This document shows, piece by piece, positions 49,885 through 61,079 of a DNA stretch of 64,000 nucleotides (position 1 is the stretch's first letter; every line of letters starts with the position of its first letter). Source of the DNA: an uncultured Candidatus Rokubacteria bacterium (GTDB taxonomy: Bacteria > Methylomirabilota > Methylomirabilia > Rokubacteriales > DASRDR01); NCBI GenBank assembly GCA_963812945.1, contig CAWEXD010000008.1, positions 376,586 through 440,585 of the forward strand, given 5' to 3'. The notes under the pieces are model-generated. The model did no database searches and was not told the DNA's origin. It was given only the letters and a program-made list of their open reading frames with translations. Position numbers and translations under genes: made by a program.

Positions 49885-51012
49885 ATGACGACTCCGACGA
49901 CCGACCGAGGCCTCGAGGATGTGGTGGTCTCGACGTCCGAGATCTGCTTCATCGACGGCGATCGAGGGCGACTCCTCTACCGCGGCTACGACATCCACGA
50001 CCTCGTCGAGCACTCCTCGTTCGAGGAGACAGCGGCCCTGCTCTGGAACGGCGCGCTCCCGAAGCGCGCGGAGGTCGAGAGCCTCAAGAAGGCCCTGGCG
50101 ACCCAGCGGCGCCTGCCCCCCAAGGTCCTGACGCTCCTCCGCAGCCTGCCTCGGAAGTCGGACGCGATGGACGTCCTGCGGACTGCCGTGTCGGCGCTCG
50201 GGATCTACGACCCCGACGCCGGGGACGACTCCCGGGAGGCCAACCTGCGGAAGGCCGTGCGCATCCAGGCGCAAGTGCCCACGCTCGTCGCCGCGTGGAG
50301 CCGGATCCGCAGGGGCAGGGCGCCGATCCCGCCGAATCCCCGCCTGTCGCTCGCCGGCAACCTTCTCTACATGCTCTTCGGGAGGAAGCCGAGCCCCCTC
50401 GCCGAGAAGGCGATGGACGTCGCGCTCATGCTCCACGCCGACCACGAGCTGAACGCGTCGACGTTCGCGGCGCGGGTCACGGTGGCGACCCTGTCCGACA
50501 TGCACTCGGGCGTGGTCTCGGGGATCGGCGCCCTCAAGGGGCCGCTCCACGGCGGGGCGAACGTCGGGGTGATGCGGATGCTGCTGGAGATCGGCGACGT
50601 GGACCGGGCGGAGACGTGGATCAAGAACGCGCTCGCCCAGAAGAAGCGGATCATGGGCTTCGGCCACCGCGTCTACCACACCGAGGACCCGCGGGCGACC
50701 CACCTCCGGCGCCTGTCCGAGCAGCTCGGGCGCGAGGCCGGCGAGCTCAAGTGGTTCGAGATGTCGCGGATCATCGAGCGGGTGGTGAACGCCGAGAAGA
50801 CCCTGCACGCCAACGTCGATTTCTACTCCGGGTCGATGTACTACTCGATGGGCATCGAGCCGGAGCTCTACACCCCGATCTTCGTGGTGTCGCGGGTCTC
50901 GGGGTGGACGGCCCACATCCTCGAGCAGCAGGCCCACAATCGGCTGATCCGGCCGCGCGCCGAGTACCTGGGGTCGCGTCAGGCGACCTACGTCCCCGTC
51001 GACCGGCGCTGA
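49885..51012 (+). CDS. Citrate synthase (type II / 2-methylcitrate synthase-like)
   Basis: LLYRGYDIHDL, LMLHADHELNAST, GPLHGGAN, GFGHRVY and VDFYSG. Confidence 0.9.
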   Translation: MTTPTTDRGLEDVVVSTSEICFIDGDRGRLLYRGYDIHDLVEHSSFEETAALLWNGALPKRAEVESLKKALATQRRLPPKVLTLLRSLPRKSDAMDVLRTAVSALGIYDPDAGDDSREANLRKAVRIQAQVPTLVAAWSRIRRGRAPIPPNPRLSLAGNLLYMLFGRKPSPLAEKAMDVALMLHADHELNASTFAARVTVATLSDMHSGVVSGIGALKGPLHGGANVGVMRMLLEIGDVDRAETWIKNALAQKKRIMGFGHRVYHTEDPRATHLRRLSEQLGREAGELKWFEMSRIIERVVNAEKTLHANVDFYSGSMYYSMGIEPELYTPIFVVSRVSGWTAHILEQQAHNRLIRPRAEYLGSRQATYVPVDRR

Positions 51013-51031
51013 GGGGCTCGGACGCCCCGAG

Positions 51032-51919
51032 ATGGCCCCCGTCCCGTTCACGAAGGGACACGGGCTCGGCAACGACTACCTCGTCATGGAGGAGCGGGAC
51101 CTCGGCTTCCCGCTCGGGTCGACGGCCATCCAGTGGATCTGCCACCGCAACTGGGGGGTGGGCTCGGACGGCATCCTCCTCCGTACCGGCTCGAGTGTCG
51201 CCGACGTGGGTCTCCGGATCTTCAACCCGGACGGTAGTGAAGCCGAAAAGTCGGGCAATGGGCTCCGGATCTTCGCGAAGTACCTGTGGGAGCGCGGGGG
51301 CCTCCGGAAGTCGCCGATGCGGATCGAGACGAAGGGCGGCGTCGTCGAGGCCGTGTGCCATCTCGACGGGGAGCGCGTCGATCAGGTCACGGTCGAGATG
51401 GGCCGCGCCACCTTCCGCGCGCCCGAGATCCCGATGCACGGGCCGGACCGTGAGGTCGTCGGGGTCCCCCTCCAGGTCGGGGACCGCTTCCTCACGGTGA
51501 CCTGCGTCTCGGTGGGGAATCCTCACTGCGTCGTCTTCACCGAGAAGCTCGACGACGACGAGGTCCGCCAGCTCGGCCCGCGCATCGAGAACCACCCGTC
51601 GTTTCCCAACCGGACGAACGTCCAGTTCGCGCGCGTTGTCGGCCGGGACCGGGTGGAGATCCGGATCTGGGAGCGCGGAGCCGGATGGACGCTCGCGTCG
51701 GGCTCGTCGTCCTGCGCGGTCGCGGCGTCGGCGGTGCGCAACGGGCTGGTCGGAGGGCGGCTGACCATCCAGAGCCCCGGGGGCGAGCTGGGTGTGGACG
51801 TCCGCGAGGACTGGTCCATCCGCTTGCGGGGACCGGTCGCCGAAGTGTGTGAGGGGGCCTTGGCTCCCGAGCTGGTGCACGCCCTCCGCACCGGGGCGCC
51901 ACTTCCCTTCGAGGGATAG
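51032..51919 (+). CDS. dapF: Diaminopimelate epimerase
   Basis: FTKGHGLGNDYLV, GNPHCVVF and the second catalytic Cys context SGSSSCA. Confidence 0.88.
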   Translation: MAPVPFTKGHGLGNDYLVMEERDLGFPLGSTAIQWICHRNWGVGSDGILLRTGSSVADVGLRIFNPDGSEAEKSGNGLRIFAKYLWERGGLRKSPMRIETKGGVVEAVCHLDGERVDQVTVEMGRATFRAPEIPMHGPDREVVGVPLQVGDRFLTVTCVSVGNPHCVVFTEKLDDDEVRQLGPRIENHPSFPNRTNVQFARVVGRDRVEIRIWERGAGWTLASGSSSCAVAASAVRNGLVGGRLTIQSPGGELGVDVREDWSIRLRGPVAEVCEGALAPELVHALRTGAPLPFEG

Positions 51920-51959
51920 GCCGTGCGCGTCGCGGGCTCGCGCTCTGCCCGGGGCTGAC

Positions 51960-53090
51960 GTGCCCGGCCTGATTCCGAAGACGGCGTTCATCGGAATCGA
52001 GCACATCGCGCACCTCGCGACGGGGGGAGAAGCCCCGGTGCTCCGCGCGCACATCGAGGCGGCCACCCGGTTCCTTCTCGACAAGGGCGACGGCATGCCC
52101 GGCCGCGAGCGCTTCTTCACGACGGCGGCCAGGACGAAGGCGGCCCTGGCGCGGCGGCTGGGGGGGCGCCCGGAGGACATCGCGTTCCTGGGCAGCGCGT
52201 CCGACGGTCTCCACGTGGCGTCCGAGGGAATCGACTGGCGCCCAGGGGACAACGTCGTCGTGGGTCAGAGCGAGTTCCCGTCGGTCCTCCTCGCCTGGCA
52301 GCGGCTCCGGCCGCGGGGCGTGGACGTGCGGGCGGTCGGTCGGGGAGCAGTGGTGACCCACGCCGAGATCGCCGAGGCGGTCGACCGGCGCACCCGCGCG
52401 ATCGCCGTGAGCCAGGTGAGCTATCTCACGGGCGCCCGCCACGACCTCCGGCGCCTGCGCGCCCTTGCCGATCAGGTCGGCGCCCGCCTGGTCGTGGACG
52501 CATCGCACGCGCTCGGCGTCGTTCCCGTGGACGGCGCGCTGTGCGATGTCGTCGTGGCGTGCTGCTACAAGTGGATCTTGGCCGTGCACGGCGTGGGCGT
52601 CTTCTTCGTGAACGGGCGCCGCTGGCCGGATCTCGGGCCGCCCTGGCTCGGCTGGCACGCGGAGATCCGGGACGACGACTGGCAGCGCCGCACGGACTAC
52701 CGCCTGAAAGCCGACGGGGAGCGATTCGAGGCGGGCAATCCCCCATTCCTCCCCGTGTACGTTCTGGACAGCGCGCTGCGCGTCCTGGATGAACTCGATC
52801 CCCGGGCGGTCGAGGCGCACGTGCTCGCGCTCGGGGGGGGCCTCCGGGCCGGTCTGGTGAAGCTCGGGCTCCCGGTCATGACGCCCGAGGCGCCGGAGGA
52901 GCGGGCGGGCAACATCGTGTTCGCGAGCGATCGCGCCCTCGAGGTGGAGCGCCTGCTCCGGGAGGCCGGTGTGCTGGTCTGGGGCGGGGACGGGCGCGTG
53001 CGCCTGTCGGTGCACGCGTACAACGACGAGACCGATGTCGCGCGCGCCCTCGAGGCGCTCGGGAGCCTGGCGGCGCGCGGCGCCGTCTGA
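51960..53090 (+). CDS. Class V aminotransferase / cysteine desulfurase-family PLP enzyme
   Basis: GTG 51960. VVDASHALG...CCYKWILAVHG (PLP Lys context) and VRLSVHAYN. Confidence 0.75.
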   Translation: MPGLIPKTAFIGIEHIAHLATGGEAPVLRAHIEAATRFLLDKGDGMPGRERFFTTAARTKAALARRLGGRPEDIAFLGSASDGLHVASEGIDWRPGDNVVVGQSEFPSVLLAWQRLRPRGVDVRAVGRGAVVTHAEIAEAVDRRTRAIAVSQVSYLTGARHDLRRLRALADQVGARLVVDASHALGVVPVDGALCDVVVACCYKWILAVHGVGVFFVNGRRWPDLGPPWLGWHAEIRDDDWQRRTDYRLKADGERFEAGNPPFLPVYVLDSALRVLDELDPRAVEAHVLALGGGLRAGLVKLGLPVMTPEAPEERAGNIVFASDRALEVERLLREAGVLVWGGDGRVRLSVHAYNDETDVARALEALGSLAARGAV

Positions 53091-53094
53091 GTCC

Positions 53095-54156
53095 ATGTCG
53101 GTCGGCGGGACGGTGGCGCCCGGCACCGCCCCGGTCCGCGAGGCGCACCGCTTCGACGTCTCCGCGCTCGAGCGATACCTGGCGGATCGGCTGGCGGCCT
53201 TCGCAGGTTCGCTCGAGATCCGGCAGTTCCTCGGGGGGCAGTCGAACCCGACCTACCATCTCCGCACGGCGAGCGGCGAGGAGTACGTGCTCCGGCGGAA
53301 ACCTCCGGGGAAGCTCCTGCCCTCGGCGCATGCCGTCGAGCGGGAGTTCCGCGTGATCGCCGCGCTGCGGGGCACCGATGTCCCGGTCCCGGAGGCGGTC
53401 GTGCTCTGCGAGGATGCGAGCGTCATCGGGACGCCGTTCTACGTGATGCGCTACGTGCCGGGACGCGTGCTCCCGGAGATGGCCCTTCCGAGCCTCACGC
53501 CCGCCGAGCGGCGGGCGCTCTGGGACGACGCCGTCTCGGTGCTGGCGCGCCTCCACCAGGTGGACTGGCAAGCGGCAGGGCTCGCGGATTTTGGGCGGCC
53601 GGGCAACTACTACGCGCGGCAGCTCCACCGCTGGGTCGGACAGTATCGGGCGTCCGAGACCGAGGCCATCCCGGCGATGGAGCGCCTCATCGGGTGGCTG
53701 CCCGCCCACGTTCCGGTCGACGACGCCACGACGTTGGTCCATGGGGACTTCCGCATCGGCAACACGGTCGTTCACCCGACGGCGCCCCGCATCCTGGCGG
53801 TGCTGGACTGGGAGCTCTCCACGCTCGGACATCCGGTCGGGGACCTGGGCTATCTCTGCACGGCCTTCCGGATGCCACCGGGGATCGACGGCTTTCGCGG
53901 ATCGGACCTCGCCGGGCTCGGCATCCCGTCGGAAGCCGACGTCGTGGCGGGGTATTGCCGCCTGACGGGCCGCGAGGGGATCCCCGGCTGGGAGTTCTAC
54001 GTCGCCTTCGCGCTCTTCCGGCTGGCCGCGATCTGCCAGGGGATCATGGGGCGGGTGCGCGACGGCACCGCGAGCGATCCCGACGCGCGCCGGAGGGGGG
54101 AGCGCGCGCGCCCTCTGGCCGACGCGGCCTGGGCGGTCGTGGACCCGGTCGCGTAG
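53095..54156 (+). CDS. APH-family phosphotransferase (ACAD10/11 kinase-domain-like)
   Basis: FLGGQSNPTYHL...YVLRRKPPG, catalytic LVHGDFRIGN and VLDWELS. Confidence 0.85.
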   Translation: MSVGGTVAPGTAPVREAHRFDVSALERYLADRLAAFAGSLEIRQFLGGQSNPTYHLRTASGEEYVLRRKPPGKLLPSAHAVEREFRVIAALRGTDVPVPEAVVLCEDASVIGTPFYVMRYVPGRVLPEMALPSLTPAERRALWDDAVSVLARLHQVDWQAAGLADFGRPGNYYARQLHRWVGQYRASETEAIPAMERLIGWLPAHVPVDDATTLVHGDFRIGNTVVHPTAPRILAVLDWELSTLGHPVGDLGYLCTAFRMPPGIDGFRGSDLAGLGIPSEADVVAGYCRLTGREGIPGWEFYVAFALFRLAAICQGIMGRVRDGTASDPDARRRGERARPLADAAWAVVDPVA

Positions 54157-54193
54157 CCGGCGGCGCGGGGGGGCGGCGCCTGATCGGCGCCGC

Positions 54194-55423
<1,230 letters not shown>

Positions 55424-55649
55424 GCCCGCCAGCGCGCTGACGGGCGCTGTCCTGCTGAGCCACACTCAACCATCCCCGGGCGCTTTCCGCAAGCACGCGG
55501 GGCGGCCTGGCCCGCGGCGCGGACGCCGCCCCGGGGGCCGGCCGGCCCCCGGGCCAGTTTGTCGTCCCCCGCGTTTTGTCGTACCATCGGGCGATGCAAG
55601 GTGGGGGTAGTGTGGGCCTGGGTCCGATGTCGCGAGAGGCGGCTCCGCC

Positions 55650-57200
55650 ATGCAGACCCCGCTGATCGATCTCCTCCGGGGGGGCGTCCCCGCGCTCGCG
55701 GCATTCATCGTCGCGGTCGTGGCCATCCGGATCGTCTGCCGGCGTCCGGCTCTTCGCCGCCTCTCGTTCGCGCTCTCCGTCGCCGCCTTGACCGGAAGCG
55801 TGGCGCTCTTTCGAGCGCTGGTGCCGGGCGAGGCGCCGCTCGTGGAGCCGTACCTCCGCTTCCTGACGCTGTTCTCCATGGCGTACGGCGCCTTCAAGGT
55901 CCTGGAGGTGCTGGTCGTCGACCTCCTTCCGGGCCGGCGCGGCCCCGACCGGGCCCCGGCCATCCTCCGCGACGTCGTGGCGGCGGCGGTCGGCTGCCTC
56001 ATCCTCGTGGTGCTGCTGCGGGCGAGCTTCGGGGTCGACGTGGCCGCGCTCGTCGCCACCTCGGCCGCCCTCTCGATCGTCCTCGGCCTGGCGCTCCAGG
56101 AGACGCTGTCGAATCTCTTCGCCGGGCTGTCGTTGATGCTCGAGCGGCCGTTCGAGCCGGGCGACTGGATCCAGATGGGCGACCTGACCGGGCGGGTCCA
56201 GGAGGTGAGCTGGCGCGCGGTGCGTCTCCAGCTCATCCGTCAGGAGGACTACCTGGTCGTCCCCAACAGCGTGGTGGCGAAGTCCCAGATCGTGAACATG
56301 AGCCAGCCGAGGCCGATCCACGGCCATGCTGTCGAGGTCAGCGCCCCCAACGGCGAGGCGCCCGACCGCGTGCGCCGGGTTCTCGTCGAGGCAGCGCGGG
56401 ACGTCACCGGCATCCTCGCCTCGCCGCCGCCCAAGGCCCGGGTCGCGCGCTTCGACAGCACCGGGGTCGTCTACCAGCTGGTGTACTACCTCGACGACTA
56501 TCCCCGGATCCACGACCTCCAGGGCGAGGTGCTGTCCCGGGTGTGGTACGCGTTTCGCCGCCACGGGATCCAGCTGCCGTACCCGGCCGCCGACGTCCAT
56601 TGGCGCGACGCCGTCAAGGTCGCCGCCGAGGCGCGTGCCGCCGAGACGGGCCGGGTCGCCGAACTGCTCAGCGGGGTGGAGTTCCTCGAGGCGCTCACCT
56701 CCGAGCAATTCAGCCGGCTGGCGCTGGAGGCGCAGATCGTCCCGTACCCTGTGGGCGCGTCGGTCGTGCGCCAGGATGACGCCGGGGACAGTCTCTTCGT
56801 GGTGGTCGAGGGCCGGGTCGAGGTCTCGGTCCATGCGCAGGGAGGAGGTCCCGAGCAGCGTCTGGCCACGCTGGGGCCCGGCGACTACTTCGGCGAGATG
56901 TCCCTGCTCACGGGGGCGCCCCGGTCGGCGACGATCCGCGCGGCCGAGGAGACCCGCCTCGTGGTCCTGGGCAAGGATGCGATCAGGCCGCTGCTCGTCG
57001 CCGATCCGACGGTTCTCGAGCGCCTGTCCAAGACTCTCGCCCGCCGGCAGGCCGAGCGTGACGACGCGCTCCACCGTGCGGCAACCGCCGAGTACGAGGG
57101 GCCCGGAGCGGACCGGGCCAGCCAGTTGCTCGGGCTGATGCGGCGCTTCTTCGGTTTGATCGGTGGCGGCGACGTGAACGGTCGGGCGGCGCGCGGCTGA
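55650..57200 (+). CDS. MscS-family mechanosensitive channel with C-terminal cyclic nucleotide-binding domain
   Basis: MscS core: LGLALQETLSNLFAGLSLMLERPFEPGDWI...VPNS. cNMP-binding domain: GDSLFVVVEGRVEV...GPGDYFGEMSLLTGAPRSATIRA. Confidence 0.88.
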   Translation: MQTPLIDLLRGGVPALAAFIVAVVAIRIVCRRPALRRLSFALSVAALTGSVALFRALVPGEAPLVEPYLRFLTLFSMAYGAFKVLEVLVVDLLPGRRGPDRAPAILRDVVAAAVGCLILVVLLRASFGVDVAALVATSAALSIVLGLALQETLSNLFAGLSLMLERPFEPGDWIQMGDLTGRVQEVSWRAVRLQLIRQEDYLVVPNSVVAKSQIVNMSQPRPIHGHAVEVSAPNGEAPDRVRRVLVEAARDVTGILASPPPKARVARFDSTGVVYQLVYYLDDYPRIHDLQGEVLSRVWYAFRRHGIQLPYPAADVHWRDAVKVAAEARAAETGRVAELLSGVEFLEALTSEQFSRLALEAQIVPYPVGASVVRQDDAGDSLFVVVEGRVEVSVHAQGGGPEQRLATLGPGDYFGEMSLLTGAPRSATIRAAEETRLVVLGKDAIRPLLVADPTVLERLSKTLARRQAERDDALHRAATAEYEGPGADRASQLLGLMRRFFGLIGGGDVNGRAARG

Positions 57201-57220
57201 CCGCGGGCACAGGAGGCTGG

Positions 57221-58639
57221 ATGGCGGCCGAGCAGCAGAAAGTGGCTGAGAAGCCCCCGATGGGCTTGCAGCTGTCGTTGAAGCTCAAGCTCACCCTGCT
57301 CATCACGACGCTCCTGGTGCTGACGGTGCTGTTCGTGGGCGTCTTCCTGGTGCGTCAGCAACAGGAGAGCCTGACGAACGAGATGACCAAGCGAGGCCGC
57401 ACGATCGCGAGGGATCTCGCGAACGCGTCGAAGAACCCCATCTTGTCGAACGACGACCTGACGCTGTCCCTCCTGGTCCAGGACGCCATGAAGGACCCGG
57501 ACGTCGTGTACGTCACCTTCGTGGATGCGGAAGGCAAGGTGGTGGCCCACCCGGACCTCTCCCAGATCGGCCAGCGCGTCCAGCGGCCGAACGGGCTGCC
57601 CATGGCGACGGGCGACATCCAGGTCACGCCGTTCGTGGACCCGAAGCAGGGCAAGGTCATCGACTTCGCGGTGCCCCTCGTGTTCAGCAGGGTGTCGGTG
57701 GGCTCGCTGTACCTCGGCTTCAGCCGGAAACCCATCGACCAGGCTGTCGCGAGCGCGCGGAACTCGACGATCGTCATCAGCGCCGCAATGGTTGTGCTGG
57801 GGATCATCGGGGCCGTGGGCCTGGCCACTGTGCTGTCAAGACCGGTGATGCGTCTGGTGGAGGGTACGCGCGCGGTCTCGGCGGGGAACTTCCAGGTCCA
57901 CCTGCCGGTTACCTCGCGAGACGAGATCGGCGCGCTGACCGCATCGTTCAACGAGATGGCGAAGAATCTCCGCGAGAAGGAGATGATCAAGCGGGCGTTC
58001 ACGCGCTACGTCGCGCGGCAGGTCGTCGACGAGATCCTGAAGGACCCCGAGAAGCTGACCCTGAAGGAGGAGCGCCGGGACGTCACCGTGCTCTTCTGCG
58101 ACATGCGGGGATTCACGTCGCTGGCCGAGCGCCTGTCGCCCGAGGAGGTCGTCGCCGTGCTGAACGACTTCTACACCCTGATGGTCGACACGACGGCCAA
58201 GAATGACGGTATCGTGGACAAGTTCCTCGGTGATGGGGTCATGGCCATCTTCGGCGCCCCGATCGTCCACGAGGATCACGCGTCTCGCGCGGTGAAGACG
58301 GCGGTTGCGATGCAGGCGGGCGTGGCCGAGCTCTCGAGAAAACGCGCTCGAGAGGGCAAGGACCCGATCGCGGTGGGTATCGGGGTCAGCGCCGGCGAGG
58401 CCATCGCCGGAACGGTGGGGACCGAGGATCGGATGGAGTACACGGTCATCGGGGACAGCGTCAATCTGGCGGCGCGACTCGAGTCGAACGCGAAGCCCGG
58501 ACAGATCCTGATCAGCCAGCGGACCCACCAGAAGGTGGACGGCCTCGTGAACGTGCGGTCGCTCGGGGCGATCCGGGTGAAGGGCAAAGAGGAGCAGGTC
58601 GAGGTCTACGAGGTTCTCGGCCTCGCGCAGGGGGCGTGA
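57221..58639 (+). CDS. Membrane adenylate cyclase: TM-periplasmic sensor-TM-HAMP-class III cyclase
   Basis: AGGAGG Shine-Dalgarno. HAMP: RPVMRLVEGTRAVSAGNFQVHLPVTSRDEIGALTASFNEM. Cyclase: VLFCDMRGFT, DKFLGDGVMAIFGAP and GDSVNLAARLES, with all canonical residues including Lys and Arg. Confidence 0.9.
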   Translation: MAAEQQKVAEKPPMGLQLSLKLKLTLLITTLLVLTVLFVGVFLVRQQQESLTNEMTKRGRTIARDLANASKNPILSNDDLTLSLLVQDAMKDPDVVYVTFVDAEGKVVAHPDLSQIGQRVQRPNGLPMATGDIQVTPFVDPKQGKVIDFAVPLVFSRVSVGSLYLGFSRKPIDQAVASARNSTIVISAAMVVLGIIGAVGLATVLSRPVMRLVEGTRAVSAGNFQVHLPVTSRDEIGALTASFNEMAKNLREKEMIKRAFTRYVARQVVDEILKDPEKLTLKEERRDVTVLFCDMRGFTSLAERLSPEEVVAVLNDFYTLMVDTTAKNDGIVDKFLGDGVMAIFGAPIVHEDHASRAVKTAVAMQAGVAELSRKRAREGKDPIAVGIGVSAGEAIAGTVGTEDRMEYTVIGDSVNLAARLESNAKPGQILISQRTHQKVDGLVNVRSLGAIRVKGKEEQVEVYEVLGLAQGA

Positions 58640-58742
58640 GGCCGCGCGAGGGACCTGACGCCCCCGGCGCCGCGGGCCGTCCGATCGGCCAGAGGCTCGA
58701 GGGGATGCGGCGAGACGGTACGGAAACCCGAAGGAGACGTTG

Positions 58743-59855
58743 ATGGACCGGGTCGACTGCGGACGGATGATGGTGCTGGGTATCGCGGTGACCGTGCTGA
58801 CGGCTTGTGCGGCCGCGCCTCCCCCTTCCACGGGGGTCGCGCCTGCGCCGGCTCCGCCTCCGGCCGGCTCACCGGCCGCGACCCGGCCGGTGTCGCCACC
58901 GCCGGTTGCCGCCCGGCCGGCCCCGGGCCCGACTCGGCCCACCGAGCCGCTGCCCGAGTCGTTCGAGTCCGAGGACTTCGTGGTCGTGCTCGCGAAGGAC
59001 GGCGACACGGCGGAGACCCTCGCCCGGCGGTTCCTGGGAGACGCGGCGAACGCGTGGATGATCGAGGACTACAACGGGACGGCGACGTTTGCCGCGGGAC
59101 GCGAGGTGGTGATCCCGAAGCGGCCCTGGAACCTCGCGGGCGTGCAGCCGCGCGGGTATCAGCTCGTGCCGATCCTCTGCTACCACAACTTGGGCCCCCA
59201 GACGCGGGGCCGGCTCCTCATGTCCGTGAGCGCGTTCGAGGAGCAGATGCGGTACCTCAAGCACGAGGGCTACCACGTCATCACGCTGCGCCAGTTCCTG
59301 GAGTTCACTGCGCTCCGGCGCCAACTCCCACGGAAGACCGTCGTGCTGACGTTCGACGACGGGTGGAGGTCCTTCAAGGAGCACGCGTACCCGATTCTCA
59401 AGGAGCTCGGGTTCCCGGCCACGCTGTTCATCTACACGGACTTCATCGGCGCGCGGATCGCACTGTCGTGGCAGGAGCTGAAGGACCTGGCCCAGGAAGG
59501 CTTCGACATCCAGGCCCACTCGAAGTCACACGAGGACATGCGCCGGAAACCGACGGAGTCCGAGGAGGAGTACAACCGGCGCATGCAGGCGGAGCTGGTG
59601 CAGCCCCTCGGCGTATTCCAGCAGCGCATCGGACAGCCGGTGCGGATCCTCGCCTATCCCTACGGCGCCCACGACGATGGCGTGGTCAAGCGCGTCCGCG
59701 AGGCTGGATACGTGGCTGCCCTCGACGTCCGGCGCCAGGGCAATCCCTCGTTCACGCCCCCCCTGACGATCCATCGGGCCCAGATCTACTCCGAGATGAA
59801 CATGGAGGACTTCGTCAGGAACCTCACCGTCTTCAGCGAGGAGACGATCCGCTGA
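58743..59855 (+). CDS. Lipoprotein: LysM-like domain plus polysaccharide deacetylase (CE4/NodB)
   Basis: AAGGAG Shine-Dalgarno. Lipobox LTAC and a Pro/Ala-rich linker. LysM-like segment: VVLAKDGDTAETLARRFLGD...GREVVIP. NodB: VVLTFDDGW, DIQAHSKSH and LAYPYG. Confidence 0.8.
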   Translation: MDRVDCGRMMVLGIAVTVLTACAAAPPPSTGVAPAPAPPPAGSPAATRPVSPPPVAARPAPGPTRPTEPLPESFESEDFVVVLAKDGDTAETLARRFLGDAANAWMIEDYNGTATFAAGREVVIPKRPWNLAGVQPRGYQLVPILCYHNLGPQTRGRLLMSVSAFEEQMRYLKHEGYHVITLRQFLEFTALRRQLPRKTVVLTFDDGWRSFKEHAYPILKELGFPATLFIYTDFIGARIALSWQELKDLAQEGFDIQAHSKSHEDMRRKPTESEEEYNRRMQAELVQPLGVFQQRIGQPVRILAYPYGAHDDGVVKRVREAGYVAALDVRRQGNPSFTPPLTIHRAQIYSEMNMEDFVRNLTVFSEETIR

Positions 59856-61078
59856 TGTCCGGCCGGCGCGTCCGCTCCGTTCTCGTCGGGATCCTCGCCC
59901 TCTTCCTGGGGGCCTGCGCTGCCGCGACGCCTCCGCCCGCCGCGACGCCTCCGGCCCCCGGGACGCCGGCCGCAGCTGCGCCGCCGCCCCAGCCTGCCGC
60001 TCCGGCTCCCCCGCCGACAGCGGCGCCGGCCCCGGTGCCCCTGACGCCGCGCCAGCAGCTCGCGGCGGGGCGCCGGGACCGGGCGCAGCGCCTCGAGCGC
60101 GCCGGCGAATTCCGCCAGGCGCTCGACGAGTGGAAGATCGCCACGACGATCGATCCCGCTGACACGGCCGCCCAGGAGGGTCGCCGGCAGCTCGCGGCGC
60201 GGATGGAGCGGTCGATCGGCGAGCGGCTCGGCCAGGGACGGGAGGCCTTGGGAAAGGGGGAGCATCTGGAAGCGCGTCGGCACTTCCTGGCGGTCCTCGC
60301 GATGGACCCCTCGAACCAGGCCGCGTTCACGGCCCTCCAGACCGACGTGAAGGAGATCCGTTTCGTGCCGCACACGGTCAAGGCTGGGGAGACCCTGGCC
60401 ACGATCGCCGAGCGGTACTACGGTGACCGCGCCCGATCCGAGGTGATCTGGGAGACGAACCAGCTGCCCCCGAATCCCCGGCTCACCGCCGGCATGCAGC
60501 TCAAGATCCCCGAGATTCCGGGCGTGCCCTTCGTTCTGCCGGAGCTGCGTCCCCGTCCGCCTGCGGACGCCGTGGCCCGGCCCGACGTGACGGTGCCTGA
60601 CTCCGCTCGACCGACCGAGACCGTCGAGATCAATCCCCTTCTGGTGGGCGCCCGGGAAGCGCTCGAGAAGGGTGAGTATCAGGTGGCACTGGCCGACGTG
60701 GACCGCGTGCTTGCGAGCAACGCCCAGAACCCCGACGCGGCCGAGCTGAAGAAGGCCGTCTTGTACGGGCTGGGGAAGACCCAGCTCGGTCAGCGCAAGT
60801 ACGACGAGTCGGCCCGGACGCTCAACCAGCTGGCGCGGCTCGCGCCGAACTACCAGGACTCGCCGGCGCTGCTGCGGCAGGCGCGGGAGCGTGCGGCCCA
60901 GCAGCACTACTCCCAGGGGCTCCAGCTCTACCGCGAGGAGAAGCTCGAGGAAGCGATCTCGCAGTGGAAGGCAGTGCTCGAGTACGAGCCCGAGCACACG
61001 AACGCGAAGAAGAACATCGAGCAGGCGGAGCGGCTGCTGCGGAGCCTACAGCAGCGGCAGCAGCCGAAGAAGCAGTAG
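59855..61078 (+). CDS. Lipoprotein with TPR repeats flanking a LysM domain
   Basis: The ATG overlaps the upstream stop (TGATG). Lipobox LGAC. LysM: HTVKAGETLATIAERYYGDRARSEVIWETNQL...GMQLKIP. TPR-like helices lie on both sides. Confidence 0.75.
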   Translation: MSGRRVRSVLVGILALFLGACAAATPPPAATPPAPGTPAAAAPPPQPAAPAPPPTAAPAPVPLTPRQQLAAGRRDRAQRLERAGEFRQALDEWKIATTIDPADTAAQEGRRQLAARMERSIGERLGQGREALGKGEHLEARRHFLAVLAMDPSNQAAFTALQTDVKEIRFVPHTVKAGETLATIAERYYGDRARSEVIWETNQLPPNPRLTAGMQLKIPEIPGVPFVLPELRPRPPADAVARPDVTVPDSARPTETVEINPLLVGAREALEKGEYQVALADVDRVLASNAQNPDAAELKKAVLYGLGKTQLGQRKYDESARTLNQLARLAPNYQDSPALLRQARERAAQQHYSQGLQLYREEKLEEAISQWKAVLEYEPEHTNAKKNIEQAERLLRSLQQRQQPKKQ

Positions 61079-61079
61079 A

